Assembly: GCA_001823535.1 (NCBI GenBank)
Contig: MHUT01000006.1
Span: 27,631 to 91,630, forward strand
Length of the DNA stretch: 64,000 bases
Direction of reading: 5' to 3'
DNA from: Candidatus Yonathbacteria bacterium RIFCSPHIGHO2_02_FULL_44_14
Lineage (GTDB): Bacteria > Patescibacteriota > Minisyncoccia > Phycocordibacterales > UBA1550
In this document: piece by piece, positions 9,753 to 17,819 of the stretch
How the letters are laid out: the number at the start of each line of letters is the position of its first letter
How positions within the stretch are numbered: the first letter of the stretch is position 1
Position numbers and translations under genes: made by a program
Notes under the pieces: generated by a model
Seen by the model: the letters and a program-made list of their open reading frames with translations, nothing else
Told to the model about the DNA's origin: nothing
Database searches by the model: none

Positions 9753-11096
9753 ATGACGAAAGTAATCACAAGATTTGCACCATCACCGACAGGGGTACTC
9801 CATATTGGATCCGTGCGCACCGCACTTTATTCCTGGCTCTATGCAAGGCAAAATAACGGCAAGTTTATCCTGCGTATCGAGGATACCGATAAAGAGCGTT
9901 CAAAAAAGGAATATGAAGATAATATTATTGATGGGTTAGAGTGGCTCGGGCTCACTCACGATGAGTTTTATCGTCAATCGGACCGCTCTGATGTTTATAA
10001 AAGGCATCTTCTCGCGCTTATTGCAGACGGGACTGCGTATGTTTCAAAAGAAGAACCAAAGGAACTAGGTGAGCGTTCCGAAGTGATTCGCTTCAAAAAT
10101 CCCAACAGAGTGGTCACTTTTCACGACGTAGCACGCGGTGATATTTCATTCGACACGACAGAGCTCGGCGATTTTGTGATTGCAAAGGATTTTGAATCAC
10201 CACTTTATCATTTCGCGGTCGTGGTGGATGATTTTGAAATGCGAGTTACTCATGTAATTCGTGGCGACGATGCTATCTCGAATACACCGCGACAAATTCT
10301 TATTCAAGAGGCGCTTGGTGCTCCTCGTCCTGTATATACGCATTTGCCTATGATCCTTGCGCCTGATAAATCAAAACTATCCAAGCGTCATGGCGCACTT
10401 GCGGTGACGGAATATCGCGAAGAGGGATATTTGCCGGAGGCAATCCTTAACTTTGTGGCACTCATGGGCTGGAATCCGGGCAATGACAAAGAAATTATTT
10501 CTCTTGATGAGATGATCATGCTCTTTAAACTCGAAAAGATTCAAAAAGGGGCTGCTGTTTTTAATATTGATAAATTAAAGTGGCTTAATAAACACTACAT
10601 AAAACTTCTTCCTGCTGAAAAAGCGGGTAAGGAGATTCTCGCGCGATTTCCTGAAATGTTACGCATAAAGGCGGAAGATAACTCAGAAATTTTTTCAAAA
10701 ATTATTGTTGTCATACTTGATCATATTTCAACGTTTGGCGAAGTACGCTTTTTTGCGGAGGCAGGGGAGTATAGGTATTTTTTCGAGGATCCTATTTACC
10801 CGCGCGAGGCACTCTTGTGGAAGGACGAGCAGGAGCCCACACGAGCGGCAGAAAAATTAGAGAAAGTTCTTGTGCTTCTTGAGGAAATTGATGATGTGTT
10901 TTTTACGCCTGAAACTATAAAAACTGCTATTTGGGACTACGCAACCGAAGCGGGGCGGGGGAGTGTCCTTTGGCCGATGCGCTACGCTCTCTCTGGTCGC
11001 GATAAATCCCCAGACCCATTTATACTATCGAGTATTCTGGGGAAAGAAGCAACGATTCGTCGCATTGAAAATGCGATAAAATTGCTTTTAGGATAA
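9753..11096 (+). CDS. gltX: Glutamate--tRNA ligase
   Basis: RFAPSPTG, HIGS, RIEDTD, KLSKR motifs. Confidence 0.96.
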   Translation: MTKVITRFAPSPTGVLHIGSVRTALYSWLYARQNNGKFILRIEDTDKERSKKEYEDNIIDGLEWLGLTHDEFYRQSDRSDVYKRHLLALIADGTAYVSKEEPKELGERSEVIRFKNPNRVVTFHDVARGDISFDTTELGDFVIAKDFESPLYHFAVVVDDFEMRVTHVIRGDDAISNTPRQILIQEALGAPRPVYTHLPMILAPDKSKLSKRHGALAVTEYREEGYLPEAILNFVALMGWNPGNDKEIISLDEMIMLFKLEKIQKGAAVFNIDKLKWLNKHYIKLLPAEKAGKEILARFPEMLRIKAEDNSEIFSKIIVVILDHISTFGEVRFFAEAGEYRYFFEDPIYPREALLWKDEQEPTRAAEKLEKVLVLLEEIDDVFFTPETIKTAIWDYATEAGRGSVLWPMRYALSGRDKSPDPFILSSILGKEATIRRIENAIKLLLG

Positions 11097-11111
11097 TCAA
11101 TTTTATACGGT

Positions 11112-12395
11112 ATGCGCAAAATTATTTACCAATTCACCATTTTTATATTCATCGGTATAGTGGCATTGGTCACGGATTCTTTTGTTTTTGCTCAAACTGT
11201 AGATGAGTTGGAGAGAAAAATTGCATCACAAACAACTCTTATCCAAAAACTTGAGCAAGAGATTCGGCAATATCAAGGTGACTTAGCAACACTAGCTACG
11301 AAGAAAAAAACACTGAAAAATGCTATCGCAGCCCTTGAAGTTACGCGCAAAAAACTTGAGGCAGACATTAAACTAACACAAACAAAGGTCGACACGACAG
11401 ATTTAAAAATTCGCCAACTTGGTTCAGAAATATCCTACAAAGAAAATGAGATAAATGTGCGCAAGGCAGCCCTCAAGGAGGCGCTCCTTGAGATGTATGA
11501 GAGCGACGAGCAGTCATTGGCACAAATTGCGTTGTCTAACGAAAGTTTTTCCGGGTTATGGAATGACATTGAAACACTGGAACAATTTAGTTCTAGTGTG
11601 ACTGAAAATGTTGAGTTGATAAAGTCTCTCAAAGCAGATCTGGAACAAAAAAACAAAGTGAAGCAAAATGAAAAAGGAAAACTTTTAGGACTCAAAGAGG
11701 AACTTGGTGATCAGAAGAAAATAACTGAGGATAATAAAAAGCAGACGACGAAACTCTTGACTCAAACAAGCAATCAAGAATCAAAATATCAGCAGATTCT
11801 TAAGGACAAGCTCGCGCTTAAGGAGGCTCTTGAAAAAGAACTTCGTGAATATGAATCAACCTTGAAGTTCATTCTTGATCCTTCGTCGATTCCTCCACGT
11901 GGCACAAAAGTTCTTGCTTTACCCGTTGATAATTATCGTATTACTCAATATTTCGGAAATACTGAATTCGCAAAAAGTGGCGCATATAATGGTAGCGGAC
12001 ACAACGGCATAGATTTTGGAGTATCGACAGGGACGCGCATAAAAGCGATGCTTTCAGGTGTCGTGGTTGGCACAGGGAATACGGATCTATATCCCGGGTG
12101 CTATTCGTACGGAAAATGGGTGCTTGTAAAGCACGCGAACGGACTCTCTACCCTCTATGGGCACCTCTCGCAGATCAAGGTATCGAACGGACAGTCAGTT
12201 GGTACTGGAGATCTTTTGGGCTACAGCGGTAACACTGGATACAGCACCGGCCCGCATTTGCACTTAACGGTATTCGCAAGTGCCGCAGTTAATGTTGTTC
12301 GTCTTGGAGATATCAAAAAGTCTACCAATTGCGCGAATGCATCAATTCCTGTTGCCGCCCTCAACGCATATCTTAACCCAATGGATTACTTATAA
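11112..12395 (+). CDS. Coiled-coil M23 family peptidase (EnvC/MepM-like)
   Basis: Signal peptide, long coiled coil, HNGIDFG, YGHL, STGPHLH. Confidence 0.9.
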   Translation: MRKIIYQFTIFIFIGIVALVTDSFVFAQTVDELERKIASQTTLIQKLEQEIRQYQGDLATLATKKKTLKNAIAALEVTRKKLEADIKLTQTKVDTTDLKIRQLGSEISYKENEINVRKAALKEALLEMYESDEQSLAQIALSNESFSGLWNDIETLEQFSSSVTENVELIKSLKADLEQKNKVKQNEKGKLLGLKEELGDQKKITEDNKKQTTKLLTQTSNQESKYQQILKDKLALKEALEKELREYESTLKFILDPSSIPPRGTKVLALPVDNYRITQYFGNTEFAKSGAYNGSGHNGIDFGVSTGTRIKAMLSGVVVGTGNTDLYPGCYSYGKWVLVKHANGLSTLYGHLSQIKVSNGQSVGTGDLLGYSGNTGYSTGPHLHLTVFASAAVNVVRLGDIKKSTNCANASIPVAALNAYLNPMDYL

Positions 12396-12416
12396 AAAAC
12401 GAGGTACAATTGCCAT

Positions 12417-12632
12417 ATGAAAAAACCCTCACAAAAGCGCGGATTCATGCAAATTGTGCTTTTGGCAATTATTATCATTGCAGCACTTGGATATTTTAAT
12501 ATTGACCTGCGCACTGTTATCGAAAGCCCAATAATTCAAAAGATTTGGAATATATTTGTAGTTGGGTGGAAGACATACTTGCAGCCGTTTGTTATGTACC
12601 TTTGGACGAGCTTCAATGGGCTTTCAAAATAG
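12417..12632 (+). CDS. Small membrane protein (pilin-like KRGF-hydrophobic N-terminus)
   Basis: 71 aa, KRGFMQIVLLAIIIIAALGY. -10 box TACAAT lies 6 nt upstream. Confidence 0.7.
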   Translation: MKKPSQKRGFMQIVLLAIIIIAALGYFNIDLRTVIESPIIQKIWNIFVVGWKTYLQPFVMYLWTSFNGLSK

Positions 12633-12705
12633 GCCACTGTTTGCGTTCAAAAGTGAGTATTTTTACCCACAATAATATTATAGATAACTTCCTTAATCCA
12701 TTCTA

Positions 12706-12733
12706 TAGTCGTAAAAGATATATTGTGCGACGT
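12706..12733. other. Putative dif (Xer recombination) site / replication terminus
   Basis: 11-6-11 imperfect palindrome TAGTCGTAAAA-GATATA-TTGTGCGACGT. Reverse complement ACGTCGCACAA-TATATC-TTTTACGACTA resembles known dif sites. Located where gene orientation switches from + to mostly -. Confidence 0.7.
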
Positions 12734-12781
12734 GCGTCTAAATCATTTTTTAAGGCATACCCCCACTAATTAACAGACTAT

Positions 12782-13531
12782 TTATTGTTGTGATATAAAT
12801 TTCAGAGTCGACGTAAATAATTCTTTTTTTGCAGCACTCGTGCCAAACATATGCCCAGTGTTCTTTATTATTTTTAATCGTTTTTTTTCAGTAGAGTTAT
12901 CAAAGTAATACCTTGTATTATCACGTGCTCCTTTTTCTGCACCAATATATAACTTGTCAACAGTAAGTGTCTTTAGGATTCTATCTATATCATCGTACTT
13001 CTCTAAATCATTCAAAAATTTTCTGGAAAAACTTATTAGAAATTTGTACTTTGTATCTTTTGTTTTGTAAACATTTTTTGCCTCATCAAAAATAAAATTA
13101 CTTTTTATTGAATCAACAATCTGAGATGGCACACTCGGGTCCCACAGGATTAGTTTCTTGAATTTTATCAGCTTGGAGTATTTTTTGTAAAATAAAATTG
13201 AAATGACAGCACTAAAACTATGTCCAATAATAACTACCTCCCTATATTTTTTATTTGAACTTTGAATGCATTGATATAAACTTTTCAAATAAAGGTCAAC
13301 ACTGAGGTCGCCCATTTTGAAACAATCTGATTTATTAAAAATATCATCATTGCAAAAATTTATACGCAGAATATCAAAATCATTTTTTTTAAAAAACTGC
13401 GTCCCCATTTTAACCAAAAAACTATCCTTACCACCAGAAATGCCACTCATGATAACAAGTAAAACATCGCTCCCTTTTTTTTCATAAAGGTCAAAATAAA
13501 CAAATTTATTTTTCAATATATTTAATTTCAT
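12782..13531 (-). CDS. Alpha/beta-fold hydrolase, very AT-rich
   Basis: GHSFS nucleophile elbow, LWDPS, C-terminal TGHMF. Confidence 0.8.
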   Translation of the reverse strand: MKLNILKNKFVYFDLYEKKGSDVLLVIMSGISGGKDSFLVKMGTQFFKKNDFDILRINFCNDDIFNKSDCFKMGDLSVDLYLKSLYQCIQSSNKKYREVVIIGHSFSAVISILFYKKYSKLIKFKKLILWDPSVPSQIVDSIKSNFIFDEAKNVYKTKDTKYKFLISFSRKFLNDLEKYDDIDRILKTLTVDKLYIGAEKGARDNTRYYFDNSTEKKRLKIIKNTGHMFGTSAAKKELFTSTLKFISQQ

Positions 13532-13549
13532 CTAGATAATTAAAATAAA

Positions 13550-13575
13550 AAGCAAGGGCGTTTTTGCCCTTGCTT
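13550..13575 (-). terminator. Rho-independent terminator after the DUF397 gene
   Basis: AAGCAAGGGC/GCCCTTGCTT stem followed by a T-run on the minus strand. Confidence 0.7.
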
Positions 13576-13590
13576 ACCCGGCAAGTACGC

Positions 13591-13854
13591 TCAGAGTTCG
13601 TCAAAATTGAGTTCACCCTCCCGGATACCTTTTGTGAATGCATCCCACTCGTCCTTGTCAAAAGAAAGAGTTGTTTTGTTCGGGTCCCTCGTTGACCTTA
13701 CGAGGAGTCGGCCACCCTCTTTTTTAACGCTTACGCAAGAGAATGAGATCGGCTTCCTTTTTGTAAATGAAGTGGTTTTGAATCCTTCTTCGTCGACCTT
13801 TTGGCCCTGATTGTTGGTTGTAAATGCACAACCGTTTCCAAAAACATCTTTCAT
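13591..13854 (-). CDS. DUF397-like small protein
   Basis: FKTTSF...CVSV...LLVRSTRDPNKTTLSFDKDEWDAFTKGIREGE matches the DUF397 pattern (WRKSS..CVEVA..VRDSK.P..L.F...W.AF). SD-like GGGG upstream. Confidence 0.8.
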   Translation of the reverse strand: MKDVFGNGCAFTTNNQGQKVDEEGFKTTSFTKRKPISFSCVSVKKEGGRLLVRSTRDPNKTTLSFDKDEWDAFTKGIREGELNFDEL

Positions 13855-13965
13855 AATATACCCCACTTTCTATCAAATGAATTAAGGAAAACTACCACCT
13901 GAAACCTAAAAGGCTTCAATGAAACAGTACCATATAATTAATTGCAAAGCAAGAGCAGAAAACAA

Positions 13966-14057
13966 GTTATCCACACCCTGTGGTTTGCGTAGCATTGCCC
14001 TAAAGCTTGATTGTGCGACGTGGGTATAATAGATTCCACCTAGCTCCCCTTTGCTTG
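13966..14057. repeat. Direct repeat copy A (92 bp) containing DnaA box and dif arm
   Basis: Near-identical to 16370-16470. Contains TTATCCACA (13967-13975) and TTGTGCGACGT (14011-14021). Confidence 0.95.
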
Positions 14058-15074
14058 GCTCTGTTTCTTGATGTACGTGTCTACTGCATCGACAAAAATT
14101 CTCTCTGGATTAGGATGTTCACTAATTTTTTCCCAGCCAAGCGTTCCTTTGCGAAAGAAAAATGAAGAATGTTCTACTGCGTACTGCCCAAAACTTAAAA
14201 ATTGAAACTCAATAAGGAAATATTCGTTATCTCTGATTGCGACATCTATAGAAATAAACGGCACATTAAAAAATGTAAAAACCTTATCTGCAAAGTTTAA
14301 AAGATCGTCAGGTACTTCTTCTGGAAACGAGAGGATCCCGCTTCCACTTGCTCGGAAATCTCCCGGCCTGTTTCCCCTCCTGAGCACATAAAATCTATTA
14401 TCGTATATTAAAATTTTATAGTCGTGAGATAAGTCTGAAATAAAATTTTGAACTATAAATTTTCTGCGATAATTTGAGATTGATTTGAACCCTTTTCCAC
14501 TTAGGATGCCATTAAAGAATCTTTTTAAGTTTATAAATGAATAACTTCTTGCTATGTAGCGAGAGGCGTGCAAAGCTTCCTTTTTTGATCGCACAAGCCT
14601 CACTCCGCTACCCTTTGATCCAGATCCTGGCTTTATAACAATCGGAAGCCGGTTCCCGCTAAAAGATCCTTCGAATTCATCGAATGTTCCATATTTTTCT
14701 GAAATAATGTTTTGGATTAATGGGAATCTACTACTATCCCTTAAAATTTCCATGAACACTTTATTATGGTGAGCTCTGAACTTATAAAAATCTGGTATTA
14801 GGATAGCCTTGTTAATTTTAAGCCCTAATAAAATATCTTCAATATAATCCTTATAGCGAAGATCTGGGTCCTCTGCGGATTGATACAACACAAATGATCC
14901 TGCGTATTTATCTGAATGAAAATCAACATTTGAGAATCTCTCAATTTCAACACTGTATCCTCTGTTTTTAAATAAACGCTTCAATTCTGAGGTGTTCATA
15001 CTCCCAGCAACTTCCTTTGTTGATGAATAAAAAGTATTTCGATAATCGAGCAAAATAAAAAGTTTTTTAGTCAT
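14040..15074 (-). CDS. ATP-grasp fold ligase (RimK-like)
   Basis: HHNKVFM, VIKPGSGSKGSGV, IVQNFI, DFRASGSG, SIDV..LIEFQ. The last 5 codons and stop lie inside repeat A. Confidence 0.85.
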   Translation of the reverse strand: MTKKLFILLDYRNTFYSSTKEVAGSMNTSELKRLFKNRGYSVEIERFSNVDFHSDKYAGSFVLYQSAEDPDLRYKDYIEDILLGLKINKAILIPDFYKFRAHHNKVFMEILRDSSRFPLIQNIISEKYGTFDEFEGSFSGNRLPIVIKPGSGSKGSGVRLVRSKKEALHASRYIARSYSFINLKRFFNGILSGKGFKSISNYRRKFIVQNFISDLSHDYKILIYDNRFYVLRRGNRPGDFRASGSGILSFPEEVPDDLLNFADKVFTFFNVPFISIDVAIRDNEYFLIEFQFLSFGQYAVEHSSFFFRKGTLGWEKISEHPNPERIFVDAVDTYIKKQSQAKGS

Positions 15075-15612
15075 TTCTATCCTTAAAAATTTCTTCAAAA
15101 AAGATTTGATCCCTCACAATATTGAACGCAGTATTATAGAATTTTATTTCCCCTTTTCTTACTTTATCTACCTGTTCTCTAAGAATTTTTCTTGCAGTTT
15201 CACCCTCAAGCCAAATAACTGAAAGATCGTTCTTTTTTTCGTCCTCGGTCCGCAGGTCCCCATAAGTTTCTTTTTTTGCCTCTACCAAAAAACAAATAGT
15301 TTCGTATTCTTTTGCATCTCTGTCGCGAAACTCATGAATCCGACCAACCTCACGCTCCACATCAACCTCATAACGTATCTCTTCGATACATTCTCTCTTG
15401 ATTTCTTGAATAATATCTGCGCTTTCAGCTCCTCCGCCTGCCAAAAGATAACATTTATGAATAGGGTTTGTAATAAAACCAAACTCCCCTCCCTCATTTT
15501 TCACAAGAGCCTTTACTGTCACCCTTTTTTCGTAATGATCAGGGGTAATGTGTGTCGGTTGAGGGAAAATGTCTTTATCGTGCAATGTAGCTAAATAATA
15601 CATATTACTCAT
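15067..15612 (-). CDS. NUDIX hydrolase
   Basis: GGGAE...IKRECIEE Nudix box. Overlaps the ATP-grasp start. Confidence 0.8.
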   Translation of the reverse strand: MSNMYYLATLHDKDIFPQPTHITPDHYEKRVTVKALVKNEGGEFGFITNPIHKCYLLAGGGAESADIIQEIKRECIEEIRYEVDVEREVGRIHEFRDRDAKEYETICFLVEAKKETYGDLRTEDEKKNDLSVIWLEGETARKILREQVDKVRKGEIKFYNTAFNIVRDQIFFEEIFKDRND

Positions 15613-15662
15613 TCTATCATAAAAATTGGGCTTTCCGGCGGGTGGACGGAAAGCCCAAAAAA

Positions 15663-16304
15663 TCAAACATTAAAATCAATTTTCGGAAGCGGCTTCTCGA
15701 GGATGAATTGACCGCATCCTGTATTGAAGAGAGCAGCGACGTAGCAATTGGGCGGATTTGCAAAAAAACAAAATTCATCATCAGTGATTGCCAGAAAAGC
15801 TTTCACAATGACTCTTAGGGCAAATCCATGTGTAAAAATTACTACACACTCAGGATGGTCATTGGATGCGCCGTCACTTTTTAATTCCTCTATAAATTGC
15901 TCAATGTCATGCACAAAGTCAGGGGTGTAATCTCCCTGAGGGAATTGGAAGTGTAGTACCCCGATACGATATCTCTCTTTCTCGACCTCCTTAATGGTTT
16001 TTTCGTCTACGTTGCCCCAGTTCAAGTTTCTAATACGTGGTTCAACGGTGACATCAAAATTGACCAAAGGAAAACTCGAACAGAATAATGACATTGTTTG
16101 GTCCGCGCGGTTTGAAGGCGAAGTAATTACCTTTACTCTTTGGTACAAATTTATCTCTTGAGATAAATTCCCTACTATTTCCAAAGCCTGCTTCTTTCCG
16201 GTTGTCGTAATTGAAATTCTACGATCTGGAACAACGCTATGCAAACAAGGGTCAATATCTTCTTCTGATTGCGCGTGCCGAACAAGAAATATACGTTTCA
16301 ACAT
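15663..16304 (-). CDS. Histidine phosphatase (phosphoglycerate mutase-like)
   Basis: LVRHAQS, TSPSNRADQT, FTHG motifs. AGGAG SD upstream. Confidence 0.88.
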   Translation of the reverse strand: MLKRIFLVRHAQSEEDIDPCLHSVVPDRRISITTTGKKQALEIVGNLSQEINLYQRVKVITSPSNRADQTMSLFCSSFPLVNFDVTVEPRIRNLNWGNVDEKTIKEVEKERYRIGVLHFQFPQGDYTPDFVHDIEQFIEELKSDGASNDHPECVVIFTHGFALRVIVKAFLAITDDEFCFFANPPNCYVAALFNTGCGQFILEKPLPKIDFNV

Positions 16305-16369
16305 TCCCAACTCCTTTTTAAAAAGAACTCAGTATATGTTGCGCTACAAATACAAATTTGTCAATAGCC

Positions 16370-16470
16370 GTTATTCACACCCTATGGCTTGCGTAGCATT
16401 GCCCTAACGCCTAAAGCTTAATTGTGCGACGTGGGTGTATAATAGATTCCACCTAGCTCCCCTTTGCTTG
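16370..16470. repeat. Direct repeat copy B (101 bp) containing DnaA box and dif arm
   Basis: Matches copy A except 4 substitutions and 7-bp plus 2-bp insertions. TTATTCACA at 16371-16379, TTGTGCGACGT at 16422-16432. Confidence 0.95.
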
Positions 16471-16698
16471 ATTTAAAAACTGTGCACCAAACGCCACCAG
16501 GAAAAGATACACAAATGCTCCCGCAGCGTAATACGCCATCACGAGTGAAACATTCCTATCAAAAATATTGTAAAGAAAAATAGGAAGAAAGACACCAAGG
16601 AGTCCGCTCGATATCGCCATCACCATGCGTCCAAAATAGAGCCCAAAGAACCCTCTCCTTCGTTCTTTGTTAGTTAGTAAGTAGTCCAGGTTTTCCAT
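16453..16698 (-). pseudogene. MFS transporter N-terminal fragment truncated by repeat B
   Basis: Two TM helices (SGLLGVFLPIFLY..) typical of an MFS start, then an abrupt repeat-derived QAKGS-stop. Confidence 0.7.
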
Positions 16699-16707
16699 TA
16701 TATATAT

Positions 16708-17166
16708 TTAATTGCGATCGTAGCGCCCAATGAGCGTCACCTTTTCGATTACATGAGGAGCGAGCGTCTGCAGCAGTTGCTCTTTGCTTGAACCTTTGGG
16801 TAATGAGAGAACAGCACTGAGCGTGTAGAGTGTAAAGATATATCGATGTTCTCGGTCAGGCGGACATGGACCTTCGTATGCTGATTCCCCGCTGGTGTTT
16901 GTCCCGATGACACCAGGAGGAGTCTCCCCTTCTGCAATCTGTGTTGTCGTGGGTGGTAGATTCCAAATTACCCAATGATTCCACATTCCATCGACGCGAA
17001 TATTTTTAGGAACGTCAGGATCTTCTAGTGTGAGGGCAAAACTCTTTGTCCCTATAGGTGCACCATCAATAATTAACTCTGGTGAAATGTTTTCACCGTC
17101 GCAGGTAAAACGAACTGGAATTTCCCCATTCATTTTGAAAGCGGTGCTCGTTAGGGTGAGTGACAT
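16708..17166 (-). CDS. YbhB/YbcL family (PEBP) protein
   Basis: TCDGENISP, EDPDVP, HWVIWN, YEGPCPP, HRYIF. Confidence 0.93.
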   Translation of the reverse strand: MSLTLTSTAFKMNGEIPVRFTCDGENISPELIIDGAPIGTKSFALTLEDPDVPKNIRVDGMWNHWVIWNLPPTTTQIAEGETPPGVIGTNTSGESAYEGPCPPDREHRYIFTLYTLSAVLSLPKGSSKEQLLQTLAPHVIEKVTLIGRYDRN

Positions 17167-17192
17167 AGACTGAAATTATAACATAAAGCACC

Positions 17193-17819
17193 TCATTGGC
17201 TTGGATAAAATTTCGCGAGTGGACAGCTTGTGTGTTTACATCGCGCAGAGCAATATTCCCTGCCGTAAAGGATAAGAAGATGCGAAAATCGCACCCAATC
17301 TTTTTTTGGGATAATTTCCATCAAGTCTTGCTCTATCTTGGTCGCATCTTTGTGTTTCGTAAGTCCAAGAAGGCGCGAGAGACGAATGACGTGCGTATCA
17401 ACAGCAATACCTTCAGCGGTGCCATAAAGTTCGCCGAGTACAACATTGGCAGTCTTGCGACCTACACCGGGAATGGTAAGCATACCCTTCATTGTTTTTG
17501 GAACTTTTCCTTTAAAATCTTTCTTGATTACCTTTATTGCAGCAAGAATATTTTTTGTTTTTGCACGATAAAAGCCTGTTGAGTAGATATCTCGCTCGAA
17601 TTCACTCGGCTCCGCATTTACATAATCATCAAGCGCTCGGTGTTTTTTAAAAAGATTCTTTGTGACGTCGTTCACTTTTTTATCAGTGCACTGAGCCGAC
17701 AGTATTACTGCAACGAGAAGTTCCCATGGTTTAGTGTAATGCAGTGCGCATTTTGGATCAGGGAAAAGTCGCGTCAAAGTACGTATAATTTCAGGCAAGT
17801 TTGTATTTTCTTTTTTCAT
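17193..17819 (-). CDS. nth: Endonuclease III
   Basis: LSAQCTD, HhH PGVGRKTANV, AVDTHV. Confidence 0.93.
   Translation of the reverse strand: MKKENTNLPEIIRTLTRLFPDPKCALHYTKPWELLVAVILSAQCTDKKVNDVTKNLFKKHRALDDYVNAEPSEFERDIYSTGFYRAKTKNILAAIKVIKKDFKGKVPKTMKGMLTIPGVGRKTANVVLGELYGTAEGIAVDTHVIRLSRLLGLTKHKDATKIEQDLMEIIPKKDWVRFSHLLILYGREYCSARCKHTSCPLAKFYPSQ

Noticed and set aside
13591-15074. Graspetide RiPP cluster (DUF397 as precursor of the ATP-grasp)
   Set aside because: No graspetide core motif is visible and the two genes lie in different repeat-bounded modules.
13967-16379. oriC suggested by DnaA boxes
   Set aside because: Only one box per repeat, no dnaA/dnaN nearby, and genes converge rather than diverge here.
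13966-16470. Integron attC sites or CRISPR repeats as an explanation of the direct repeats
   Set aside because: No consistent RYYYAAC/GTTRRRY pair in both copies and no intI. There are only two long copies 2.3 kb apart, with no spacers or cas genes.
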